Assembly: GCA_964348015.1 (NCBI GenBank)
Contig: CAYGBC010000039.1
Location: 77,998-141,997, forward strand
Direction of reading: 5' to 3'
DNA from: an uncultured Eubacteriales bacterium
GTDB taxonomy: Bacteria > Acidobacteriota > Aminicenantia > Aminicenantales > Aminicenantaceae
DNA length: 64,000 nt
This document shows positions 48,119-56,560 of the stretch, in pieces. Position 1 is the first letter of the stretch, and each line of letters begins with the position of its first letter. Made by a program: the position numbers and the translations under genes. The notes below the pieces were generated by a model. It made no database searches and was not told the origin of the DNA. It saw nothing but the letters and a program-made list of their open reading frames with translations.

Positions 48119-48288
48119 GTCTTGCCTGACGAACAGAGTAACAATTCTGTTTACTTTTTATTTTAAAGCATAGACTGTGATTCATAAAGAACTATCTGCT
48201 GCTGGGCGGAGAAAGGCAATTCTTGAATAGAAAAGTAGCATTCTCTCTTGGAAATATATTGCGTTAGCTTTAAAGGGTGTGTGAGTTT

Positions 48289-48660
48289 TTATTTCTTCTT
48301 TGCAGTCCATTCGCGGGAGCCGAAATTGCCCATCTGGACTGTGCCGGACATCGTATCCCCTTCGACCTTGCCTTTGTAAGTGATCGTCATGTCCCCTCTT
48401 TGGGTGGAAAAGTTGAAGGACCATTCGATCTCGTTTCCTTTGATCGTTCCTTCCCCGGTCATCTCATTCCCACGAAAGCCCTGCATGGTCACGGTGATTT
48501 TTTCGCCGTCCTGCTCGATGCGGGCATCCTGGGTCCTTGTCCCCTGTCGCCCCTCTGAAGTGATCTCCCAGTCTCCAGACACGTCCACTCCCAGAGCTCC
48601 GAGGGAAACTACAAAAAAGGCCAGAGCGAGCAGGGCGATGAGTGATTTTGTTTGGGTCAT
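48289..48660 (-). CDS. small secreted protein of unknown function
   Basis: 123 aa with a signal peptide (…LGALGVDVSG) and AAGGAG upstream of the ATG. The mature part is rich in beta-strands and Gly/Thr. Confidence 0.6.
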   Translation of the reverse strand: MTQTKSLIALLALAFFVVSLGALGVDVSGDWEITSEGRQGTRTQDARIEQDGEKITVTMQGFRGNEMTGEGTIKGNEIEWSFNFSTQRGDMTITYKGKVEGDTMSGTVQMGNFGSREWTAKKK

Positions 48661-48743
48661 GTTGTTCTCCTTTTTTGATTTATGTTCATTGGTTACTTAG
48701 AGGCCGACGCCTCGATTTTCCTTTGCACTTTGATGTACCAATG

Positions 48744-48772
48744 TTTAGACGAAGGATTTAAATTTATCTTCC
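48744..48772 (-). promoter_or_regulatory. second copy of the ECF-type promoter motif, upstream of the small secreted protein gene
   Basis: On the minus strand: GGAAGAT (48772-48766), 14 nt, CGTCTAAA (48751-48744). Confidence 0.5.
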
Positions 48773-48924
48773 GCGTCCTACAAAAAAACTGGAGTTTCAA
48801 TTGGCTGTTTTGACTATTCGCATGATAGGGATAAGAAGAGGAACCCGGTTCTTCAGTTGTTTGACCTGGAAATTCTATCTCGCAGCATTTGGATATCTAT
48901 CGGAGAACGTTTTTGCCCTTTCTC

Positions 48925-48953
48925 TTGACATTCCGTTTTGACTTTAATTTAAT
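48925..48953 (+). promoter_or_regulatory. candidate sigma70-type promoter for the sdh-Rieske/cyt b operon
   Basis: TTGACA 48925-48930, 17-nt spacer, TTTAAT 48948-48953, about 28 nt upstream of the sdhC ATG. Confidence 0.45.
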
Positions 48954-48980
48954 ATATCCTCCAAAGAAGGGAAAGATTTT

Positions 48981-49289
48981 ATGTTCGTTTGGCTCTTCCA
49001 CCGCGTGAGCGGACTCCTGCTGATCCTCCTCCTGGGCGTGAAGTTTCTCACCTCATTTTTCTTGATGACGAAGGAGCAGAAACCGGATTGGGCTCTCGTT
49101 CTTCATACAAACGCTTTAACGGATACACTCCTGATCATCTTGATCGTTTTCCATGCGCTTTACGGATTGAGAACGGTCATCATCGACCTCGGAGTGAAGA
49201 AGGAAAAGCTGCTCTTCTGGGTTTTCACTCTGCTCAGCGTCGTTCTGAGCGCCCTGCTGCTTATCGTATACTTCACCAGGAATTACTGA
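48981..49289 (+). CDS. sdhC: succinate dehydrogenase/fumarate reductase membrane anchor (3-TM, SdhC-like)
   Basis: 102 aa with three hydrophobic helices, the HRVSG motif in helix 1, and a His in helix 2 (VFHALYGLR). The gene lies immediately upstream of sdhA. Confidence 0.65.
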   Translation: MFVWLFHRVSGLLLILLLGVKFLTSFFLMTKEQKPDWALVLHTNALTDTLLIILIVFHALYGLRTVIIDLGVKKEKLLFWVFTLLSVVLSALLLIVYFTRNY

Positions 49290-50987
49290 ATGTTAAGTCA
49301 GGACATCCTTGTGGTTGGAGGTGGGTTGGCCGGATTGGCGGCCGCACTCGCCAGTGACCCTCGACTGAAAGTCGCCGTCATTTCCAAGGTCCATCCGCTC
49401 CGCTCCCATTCTGTCGCAGCCCAGGGAGGGATCAACGCGGCTCTGGGGAACAGCCCTGATGGCCGGGATGATACCTGGGAGAAGCATGCCTTCGACACTA
49501 TCAAGGGAAGCGATTATCTGGCCGACCAGGATATCGCTGAACTGATGTGCGAGAAAGCGATTTCGACCATCTACAAACTGGAACATCTGGGCGTTCCGTT
49601 CAGCCGCTTTCCCGGGAGGGTCATCGCCCAGAGGCCGTTTGGAGGGGCGGGGTTCCCTCGAACTTGCTACGCGGCCGACAGGACCGGTCTGGTCATCCTC
49701 CACACGCTTTACGAACAGTCTGTCAAGAGACAGGTCAAGTTCTATAACGAATGGCTGGTGACTCAACTTGTGGTCAAGGATGGAAAGTGTCTGGGAGTTG
49801 TGGTCTATGACCTGGCCACAGGGGATATAGTCCCTGTCAAAGCCCGCGCTGTAATTTTCGCGACGGGGGGATACGGGAGAGTTTACCTGAGGACAACGAA
49901 TGCTTTCATCAACCACGGAAGCGGTATCGGGATTGCCTACAGAGCCGGTGTTCCTCTGAAAGACATGGAATTTGTCCAGTTCCATCCCACCTCTCTGTAC
50001 GACACGAATATTCTGATTACAGAGGGCGCTCGGGGCGAAGGCGGCTATCTGGTAAACAATAAAGGGAAGAGGTTTATGGAGGATTACGCTCCGTCCGCGA
50101 TGGAGCTGGCGCCCCGGGATATAGTCGCCCGCTCTATCCAGACAGAGATTGAAAAAGGAAACGGGTTTGAAGACCAGTACGTCCATCTGGATCTGCGGCA
50201 TCTCGGAGAGAAAAAGATCAAAAAGAGACTTCCTGGCATCAGAGAGATAAGCATCAATTTTGCCGGGATCGACCCAATAGATTCACCCCTTCCCATCCAA
50301 CCGGCGCAGCATTATTCGATGGGAGGGATCGATGTCAACGCCCAGTGTGCCTCGATCGTAGAAGGTTTTTACGCAGCCGGGGAATGTGCCTGTGTGAGTA
50401 TTCATGGGGCGAATCGTCTGGGTGGCAACTCACTGCTGGATACCGTGGTGTTTGGCCAGATTGCTGGAGAAGAGGCAACGCGGGCGGTCAAGGGAAGCAA
50501 GGCGTCCGAAGATGCGGAAAAAATCCTCCTGGATGAGGCTTTAAAAGTGAAAAAGAGAATCGAAGAGTGGGGAAAGAAGGATTCCGGAGAAAAGGTGCAC
50601 CGTATGTTGAACAGGCTGAAAGTGATCATGAGCGAGAACGTGGATATGTTCAGGTATAAGAAGGACTTAACCAGAGCCGTGGAGGAGATTGCCGAGCTGA
50701 GAGAGGATTATGAGAGAGTTTTCATCTCAGGCCATTGCCTCCGTTACAGCCAGGAACTCGTGAATATCCTCGAGTTTGACTCTATGCTGGACCTCGCTGA
50801 AGTCATCACGTTGGGAGCGTTGAACAGGGAAGAGACCCGAGGCTCCCATTTCCGTGTGGATTTTAAAGGACGGAATGATAAGGAATGGCTGAAACATACA
50901 CTGGTCACTTTAAAAGATGGGAAGCCCCGGATCAGCTATAAAGATGTGAACATTACCAAGTACGAACCCAAGGCCAGGAAATACTGA
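49290..50987 (+). CDS. sdhA: succinate dehydrogenase/fumarate reductase flavoprotein subunit
   Basis: 565 aa with the FAD fold VVGGGLAGLAAA, the covalent-FAD region SHSVAAQGGINAA, and HGANRLGGNSL. Confidence 0.94.
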   Translation: MLSQDILVVGGGLAGLAAALASDPRLKVAVISKVHPLRSHSVAAQGGINAALGNSPDGRDDTWEKHAFDTIKGSDYLADQDIAELMCEKAISTIYKLEHLGVPFSRFPGRVIAQRPFGGAGFPRTCYAADRTGLVILHTLYEQSVKRQVKFYNEWLVTQLVVKDGKCLGVVVYDLATGDIVPVKARAVIFATGGYGRVYLRTTNAFINHGSGIGIAYRAGVPLKDMEFVQFHPTSLYDTNILITEGARGEGGYLVNNKGKRFMEDYAPSAMELAPRDIVARSIQTEIEKGNGFEDQYVHLDLRHLGEKKIKKRLPGIREISINFAGIDPIDSPLPIQPAQHYSMGGIDVNAQCASIVEGFYAAGECACVSIHGANRLGGNSLLDTVVFGQIAGEEATRAVKGSKASEDAEKILLDEALKVKKRIEEWGKKDSGEKVHRMLNRLKVIMSENVDMFRYKKDLTRAVEEIAELREDYERVFISGHCLRYSQELVNILEFDSMLDLAEVITLGALNREETRGSHFRVDFKGRNDKEWLKHTLVTLKDGKPRISYKDVNITKYEPKARKY

Positions 50988-50988
50988 A

Positions 50989-51714
50989 ATGGAATATTTA
51001 TTCAGGATTTTGCGCTTCGACCCGAAGAAAGACGAACACCCCTGTTTCCAGGATTTTTCTTACGAGACCAAAGAGAAGAAATCGATGCTGGAAGCCTTGA
51101 TGGACATCCGGAATGAACAAGACTGCACCCTTGCGTTCCGTTACAGCTGCCGGGAGGCCATCTGCGGATCGTGCGGTATGGTGATCAACGGGAAATTCGA
51201 TCTGGCCTGCAGGACCATGGTGGATTCTCTGAAATCATCGCTCATCGTTATCGAGCCGCTTCCCAACCTGGAAGTCCAGAAGGATCTGGCTGTTGATATG
51301 GAACCCTTTTTTGAAGCTGTCCGAAGGATTGAACCTTACTTATTTTCTGAAGGGGAAATATTGGAGAAGGGCCATCGAATCGAGGACAGAGAGATGGATA
51401 AGATTTTTCAGTATGTCAACTGCATCCTGTGCGGATGCTGCTACAGCGCCTGCCCGGTGGCGTCTCGCGACGAGAGGTACCTGGGACCGGCGGCTCTGGC
51501 CAAGCTCTATCGGTTTGTCAAGGACCCGAGGGATAAGCGGCCTTTTTCCAGCTGGTCAAGAGTCAACACAGAAGCCGGGTTGTGGGGGTGTGACACGGTG
51601 TTCAGGTGCAACGAGGTCTGCCCCAAGGATGTCCGGCCAGCGGACGGCATCGAAGCTTTGAGAAGAAAACTGGTCATAGAGAAGGTCAAACGGATTTTGA
51701 GGAAAAAAAGATGA
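50989..51714 (+). CDS. sdhB: succinate dehydrogenase/fumarate reductase iron-sulfur subunit
   Basis: 241 aa with Cys clusters CREAICGSCG, CILCGCCYSACP and CNEVCPKD. Confidence 0.92.
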   Translation: MEYLFRILRFDPKKDEHPCFQDFSYETKEKKSMLEALMDIRNEQDCTLAFRYSCREAICGSCGMVINGKFDLACRTMVDSLKSSLIVIEPLPNLEVQKDLAVDMEPFFEAVRRIEPYLFSEGEILEKGHRIEDREMDKIFQYVNCILCGCCYSACPVASRDERYLGPAALAKLYRFVKDPRDKRPFSSWSRVNTEAGLWGCDTVFRCNEVCPKDVRPADGIEALRRKLVIEKVKRILRKKR

Positions 51715-52160
51715 GGCTCAAACATTCTCTGTTCACGCGCCGCCAATTTTTAAACGGACTTCTCGGGGGATGGCTGGGCGCTTTGGCAGCCTCTTTGCTG
51801 TATCCTGTTTTGAGATTTGTCTTCCCTCCTGTGAGGGAGCCAGACCAGGTTATACGGCCCTTTTCGGATTTCAAGGATATGGAGACGAATACTGTTAAAA
51901 ATTTTTCCTGGGGAAGCAAACCGGGAATAATCAAGAAAAACGATGACGGTTCATTCACGGCTTTTGTCGCCGTCTGCACGCATCTGGATTGCAATGTCAG
52001 GTACCTTTCCGACCAGAGGAAGTTCTTTTGTGCCTGTCATGATGGCTGGTACGATCAAGACGGCCTTAATATCGGGGGGCCTCCGCCCCGGCCTCTGCGC
52101 CGGTTGAACTTATCAGTCGAAGGGGAAGATCTGGTTATTAAAAGAGAGGGAGTGGAATGA
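51711..52160 (+). CDS. Rieske [2Fe-2S] protein with Tat signal
   Basis: Twin-arginine TRRQFL, then a TM. Cluster boxes are CTHLDC and CACHDG. The ATG at 51711 overlaps the sdhB stop (ATGA). Confidence 0.88.
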   Translation: MRLKHSLFTRRQFLNGLLGGWLGALAASLLYPVLRFVFPPVREPDQVIRPFSDFKDMETNTVKNFSWGSKPGIIKKNDDGSFTAFVAVCTHLDCNVRYLSDQRKFFCACHDGWYDQDGLNIGGPPPRPLRRLNLSVEGEDLVIKREGVE

Positions 52161-53233
52161 GTGAAAAAGGTATGAAGAACGGACTCCGCTCCTGGATTGA
52201 TGAGCGCTCGGGATTATCAATGATCTTCAGGTATATGAGTGAGAAGACAGTCCCGCAGCACAGGCATTCTCTCTGGTATTATACCGGAAGTGCCATACTG
52301 CTCTTTTTTGCCATCCAGGTCATCACGGGATTCATGCTGGTTTTCTACTACACCCCGACTCTTGAAGGGGCCAACCAAAGCGTGGCGCGGATCATGACCG
52401 AAGTTCCTCTGGGCTGGATCATCCGGTCAGTTCACAGCTGGTCCGCTTCCTTCATGATCGCTATTGTTTTCATCCACATGCTCAGCATCTGGATCACCAA
52501 GGCTTATCGAAAGCCGCGGGAGCTAACGTGGATGAGCGGAGTTTTTCTGCTGTTTGTCTCCCTGGCCTTCGGTTTCACGGGTTATCTTCTCCCGTGGGAT
52601 GACCTCTCGCTTTCGGCCACCAAAGTGGGAACGGATATTCCGCGCTCGATTCCTGTCGTCGGAGTCTGGGTGACGAAACTTCTTCGTGGCGGCGAGGATG
52701 TCACGGCGGATACTCTGACGCGCTTTTTCGGTTTTCATGTCTCCATCCTTCCTGTTTTTCTTCTGGCGATCCTGGCCGCGCATGTCTATCTCATCCAGAA
52801 ACAGGGGATGAGCATCCCTCTTGCCGAGGAGAAAAAAAGGGAAGTGGTGAAAGAGCTCCCGTTCTGGCCGAATTTCGTCTATCGGGAGATGGTCGTGTGG
52901 TTGATTCTCACGGGCGTCCTCTTCTCGGTGGCTATCTTTTTTCCTCCTTCTCTGGACAAAGCGGCGGACCTCATGGCTCCCGCTCCAGAAGGGATCAGGC
53001 CTGAATGGTATTTTCTTTTCCTCTTTCAGATGCTCAAAATCTTCCCGGCAAAGATTCTTTTTATCAACGGCGATACACTCGCTGTCCTGTTGATTCTTCT
53101 GGGCATCGTTGCGTTCTTTTTTCTCCCCTTGATCGACAACAAGCCCGCGGAAAGGAAGGGAAAAATTATCACCGTTATCGCCTATCTGTTCATCGTTTTT
53201 GCCGCGTCGATGACAGTCTGGAGTCTGATCTGA
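52157..53233 (+). CDS. cytochrome b (fused b6 + subunit IV type) of a Rieske/cyt b complex
   Basis: 358 aa with four conserved His in helices B and D (SVHSWSASFMIAIVFIHM; FHVSILPVFLLAILAAHV) and the PEWYF Qo motif. The protein contains no Cys. Confidence 0.9.
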   Translation: MSEKGMKNGLRSWIDERSGLSMIFRYMSEKTVPQHRHSLWYYTGSAILLFFAIQVITGFMLVFYYTPTLEGANQSVARIMTEVPLGWIIRSVHSWSASFMIAIVFIHMLSIWITKAYRKPRELTWMSGVFLLFVSLAFGFTGYLLPWDDLSLSATKVGTDIPRSIPVVGVWVTKLLRGGEDVTADTLTRFFGFHVSILPVFLLAILAAHVYLIQKQGMSIPLAEEKKREVVKELPFWPNFVYREMVVWLILTGVLFSVAIFFPPSLDKAADLMAPAPEGIRPEWYFLFLFQMLKIFPAKILFINGDTLAVLLILLGIVAFFFLPLIDNKPAERKGKIITVIAYLFIVFAASMTVWSLI

Positions 53234-53538
53234 TGGCGAAGAAGAACAGATTGTTCGTGTGGCTTGCGATCCTTATTTCTCTTCATTCGCTGTTCTTCGT
53301 GGGGGGCGGTTTTGCTCAGCAGGTCATCCCGGAAGAGAAGAACGAGATAATTCAGGAAGGAGAAACTCAGGACAGGATCACTCCCGGCCCTCAAAACATC
53401 AAAGAGTCCGCAGGAATCTTTGTTTTTGTCGCCTGGATGTGGCTGGCGATTTTTGTCTTGGTCTATATCCTGAGGCTTAAGGTTAAGGAAGTGGACAGGC
53501 TTCTTGAGATCCGGTATTTATCCGAAAAGAAAAAATAA
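53233..53538 (+). CDS. small bitopic membrane protein, last gene of the Rieske/cyt b operon, unknown function
   Basis: 101 aa. The ATG shares 1 nt with the cyt b stop. It has an N-terminal signal/TM and a C-terminal TM (GIFVFVAWMWLAIFVLVYIL), with no CxxCH. Confidence 0.55.
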   Translation: MAKKNRLFVWLAILISLHSLFFVGGGFAQQVIPEEKNEIIQEGETQDRITPGPQNIKESAGIFVFVAWMWLAIFVLVYILRLKVKEVDRLLEIRYLSEKKK

Positions 53539-53554
53539 TCCCCTCCAATCTGTG

Positions 53555-53976
53555 AAAAATTCTTTCCCTTCTTCGTCATGATTTTAGGTGGTTTTATTCC
53601 GTTTGTGCGAGTGATTTTATGGGTGAGATACACCGAAATGCCATCGCTCCCTTCAGATTTTGAGCGCCAGTCCTTCAAAATTCCTCCTCGGCGGATAAGC
53701 GAAGGCCAGTGGGGAGAAAACCGTTTGAAGGCGGAGCGGGCATGGTTCCTCATCGACGAGGTGAGGAGAGCGGAGCCTGAAACCGAGCTGCTTTTGACTC
53801 GCTGGGGCAAAAGCTGCGTGTTTTCGGAATCCACTGTCCTGAGTGAGCTTAGACATACTCGGAGGCCGATTTCATCGGCTTCCCTCGATAGACAGCTCGG
53901 TAAGGCTAAATCTTCAAAGTCGCTTCTTCCATTCCCGTGTATTTCACTCACACAATGTGGAAGAGAGATTTTTGGG
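53555..53976 (+). repeat. copy 2 of the two-copy imperfect-palindromic intergenic element (core 53628-53944), non-coding
   Basis: Aligns with the reverse complement of 13559-13804. It has the same conserved arms and terminal inverted repeat (ATACACCGAAATG / CATTCCCGTGTAT). The centre is longer, about 160 nt against about 90 nt. Confidence 0.75.
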
Positions 53977-54002
53977 TTTACTGGTTTCAGTCTGAGGCAC
54001 TT

Positions 54003-54782
54003 TTGAGAAGAGGAGAAGTTCGAAATTTGCGAAAAAACTTGGGTCACAGGGAAAGATTAAGAGAGAAATTCATCAAAGGGGGGCTTGCGGGATTCCTGGA
54101 TTATGAGATTATCGAGCTCCTCTTGACGCTGGGAACTCCCCGGAAAGACTGCAAACAGCAGGCCAGAGAAGCCCTAAAGAAATTCCGCTCTTTGCGAGGA
54201 GTCCTGGGCGCTTCGCCGGAGGAGCTTCAGGAAATCAGCGGGATCGGCCCTCACAATGTTTTCGGCCTGAAGCTTATCCAGGAAGTGTCCCGCCGTTTTC
54301 TCAAGGATAAAGTGATGAACAGGCCTTACTGTCATTCCTCAAAAGAAGTATTCGATTATCTGTATCATGCTCTGAGGGATATGAAGAAGGAGATTTTCAA
54401 GTCGATGTTTCTGGACGCGAAGAATCATATCCTGGAAGAAAAGACCGTGTTCGAGGGAACTGTGGACACGAGCGCCGTTTACCCCAGAGAGATCATGAAA
54501 GAGGCCCTCAAATGTGATGCGTCATCCCTGATTTTTGTCCACAACCATCCCTCGGGCGATCCGGAACCTTCTGTCAGCGATAGAGAGATCACGAGAGAGC
54601 TTGTGTTCGCGGCCAACGTTATGCAGCTCAAGGTCTTGGATCATATCATCATCGGAAACAACCGGTATTTCAGTTTTGCGGATGAGGGCTTGCTCGAAGA
54701 ATATGGTATAATGTTCCACGATTTCACCCGAAGAAATCATGCAAAGAAAAAGGAAGAGTACAAAGTCTTTTTCCAGAAATAA
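54003..54782 (+). CDS. radC: RadC-family JAB/MPN domain protein
   Basis: HNHPSGDPEPSVSD JAMM motif and an N-terminal HRERL…EIIELLL helix-hairpin-helix-like region. The start is proposed at TTG 54003 (GAGG 5 nt upstream). The ATGs at 53937 and 53955 lie inside the repeat element. Confidence 0.8.
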   Translation: MRRGEVRNLRKNLGHRERLREKFIKGGLAGFLDYEIIELLLTLGTPRKDCKQQAREALKKFRSLRGVLGASPEELQEISGIGPHNVFGLKLIQEVSRRFLKDKVMNRPYCHSSKEVFDYLYHALRDMKKEIFKSMFLDAKNHILEEKTVFEGTVDTSAVYPREIMKEALKCDASSLIFVHNHPSGDPEPSVSDREITRELVFAANVMQLKVLDHIIIGNNRYFSFADEGLLEEYGIMFHDFTRRNHAKKKEEYKVFFQK

Positions 54783-54803
54783 GCCTATCAGAAGGAGGTC
54801 AGG

Positions 54804-56477
54804 ATGCTCGACGATAGGGAAATCGCGGCAGACGCAGAAATAAAGCCCATAGAAGAGATTGCCGGGAAACTGGGACTTAAAACCGAACACTTGGAGAAAT
54901 TCGGGAAATTCAAGGCAAAAGTCTCTCCGGAAGTCATACATAAGAAAAAAGAGCACAGAGGAAAGCTGATCATGGTGACGGCCATGACTCCCACTCCGGC
55001 CGGGGAAGGGAAGACCACGACGTCTATCGGCTTGGCCGATGCTATGAACCAGATCGGGAAGAACACAGTCGTCGCCTTGAGAGAGCCCTCACTCGGACCC
55101 GTGTTCGGGATGAAGGGAGGAGCGACAGGAGGCGGATACGCTCAAGTTGCCCCCAGAGAAGAGATCAACCTGCATTTCACCGGGGATATCCATGCGATCA
55201 CAGCCGCCCACAACCTTCTGGCCGCTATGGTGGATAACCGTCTTCATTTCGACGGTTCCTGCGGTCTGCTCGACTGCCGCCGGGTGACCTGGAAGCGCGT
55301 CATGGACATGGATGACCGCGTGTTGCGCGAAGTGGTCATCGGGATAGGGGGGCCTCTTCGAGGAATTGCACGAGAGACAGGATTTGATATCACCGCAGCC
55401 TCAGAGGTCATGGCGATTTTTTGCCTGGCTGTGGACCTCCAGGACCTCAAGGAAAGGCTGGGGAATATTGTTGTCGGCCAGTCTCCGGATAGAAAGCGTG
55501 TCTTTGCGAGGGAACTCAATGCGGAAGGATCTATGACCGCTCTGCTGAAGGATGCGCTCAGGCCTAACCTGGTCCAGACTCTGGAAGGAACGCCCGCATT
55601 GATCCACGGTGGACCGTTTGCCAACATTGCTCACGGCACAAATTCCGTTATCGCCACCCGAATGGGTCTGCAACTGGCGGATTATGTGGTGACAGAATCC
55701 GGATTCGGGTCGGACCTCGGAGCAGAAAAATTTTTCGATATTGTCGTCCGTACCGGGCATATCCCTTCGCCTGATGCGTGTGTTTTGGTCGCCACACTTC
55801 GGGCTCTCAAGCTCCACGGAGGAGTCGAATTGAAAGATGTGGACATTGAAAACGTGAAGGCGGTGGAGCGGGGTTTTTCCAATCTCCAAAAGCATATGGA
55901 AAACATGAGGATTTTCGGGATTCCTTTTGTGGTGGCCATCAATAGGTTCCCTTCGGATACTGAAGCAGAAATCGAGAAAGTCAAAGAGTTGTGCGGAAAG
56001 GAGAAGACGCGTGTGGCTTTGAGCGAAGTGTTCGCCAAAGGAGGAAAAGGGGGAACGGAGTTGGCGCAGGAGGTTTTGAAGGCCATTGAGAAAAACGAAA
56101 ACAGGTTCCAACTGCTTTATCCTTCGGACATGCCGCTCATCGAAAAGATCGAGACCGTCGCTCAAAAGATCTATGGGGCCTCATCCGTGGCCATGGAAGG
56201 AAAAACCAGACGAAAGATCAGACGTCTTGAAAAGGCCGATTTCGGAAGTCTTCCGGTATGTATCGCCAAAACACAGTACTCTCTCTCCGATGATGACGAA
56301 GCTCTGGGCAGGCCTGAGGATTTTACTCTGATCGTGACCGATGTCTCTCTCAGTTCCGGGGCGGGTTTTGTTGTGGTCTACTGTGGAGATATCATGACCA
56401 TGCCGGGACTCCCAAAGGTCCCTTCAGCCGAGAAGATCGATGTCACCGAAGACGATAAGATAACCGGTTTGAGCTGA
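54804..56477 (+). CDS. fhs: formate-tetrahydrofolate ligase
   Basis: 557 aa with the PTPAGEGKTTTSIGL P-loop and an overall FTHFS-like sequence. GGAGG lies upstream. Confidence 0.94.
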   Translation: MLDDREIAADAEIKPIEEIAGKLGLKTEHLEKFGKFKAKVSPEVIHKKKEHRGKLIMVTAMTPTPAGEGKTTTSIGLADAMNQIGKNTVVALREPSLGPVFGMKGGATGGGYAQVAPREEINLHFTGDIHAITAAHNLLAAMVDNRLHFDGSCGLLDCRRVTWKRVMDMDDRVLREVVIGIGGPLRGIARETGFDITAASEVMAIFCLAVDLQDLKERLGNIVVGQSPDRKRVFARELNAEGSMTALLKDALRPNLVQTLEGTPALIHGGPFANIAHGTNSVIATRMGLQLADYVVTESGFGSDLGAEKFFDIVVRTGHIPSPDACVLVATLRALKLHGGVELKDVDIENVKAVERGFSNLQKHMENMRIFGIPFVVAINRFPSDTEAEIEKVKELCGKEKTRVALSEVFAKGGKGGTELAQEVLKAIEKNENRFQLLYPSDMPLIEKIETVAQKIYGASSVAMEGKTRRKIRRLEKADFGSLPVCIAKTQYSLSDDDEALGRPEDFTLIVTDVSLSSGAGFVVVYCGDIMTMPGLPKVPSAEKIDVTEDDKITGLS

Positions 56478-56523
56478 CTCGGGGAACATTCCCGTTCATT
56501 CGCGTCAGAGTTTCACTTTGGTT

Positions 56524-56540
56524 CTGGAATGAAATTCCAG
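56524..56540. terminator. hairpin between convergent fhs and M49 peptidase genes
   Basis: CTGGAAT-gaa-ATTCCAG, a perfect 7-bp stem. Only a weak T-rich tract follows. Confidence 0.25.
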
Positions 56541-56560
56541 TTAAAAAGTCTGTTTTTATC

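Noticed and set aside
47481-48185. Extended 234-aa version of the ECF sigma ORF, and an out-of-frame short uORF starting at the ATG 7 nt after a GGAGG (about 48068).
   Set aside because: The extension would cover the predicted ECF promoter and has no sigma-like sequence. The uORF is only about 30 codons with no conservation evidence. I kept the ATG giving MEEKELIQ…, although its own RBS is weak.
53779-53847. Hammerhead-like pieces (GAAAC … CTGAGTGAG) in the centre of repeat copy 2.
   Set aside because: CTGAGTGAG does not fit the CUGANGA core. The required stem I hairpin and cleavage-site context between the pieces cannot be drawn, and copy 1 lacks both pieces.
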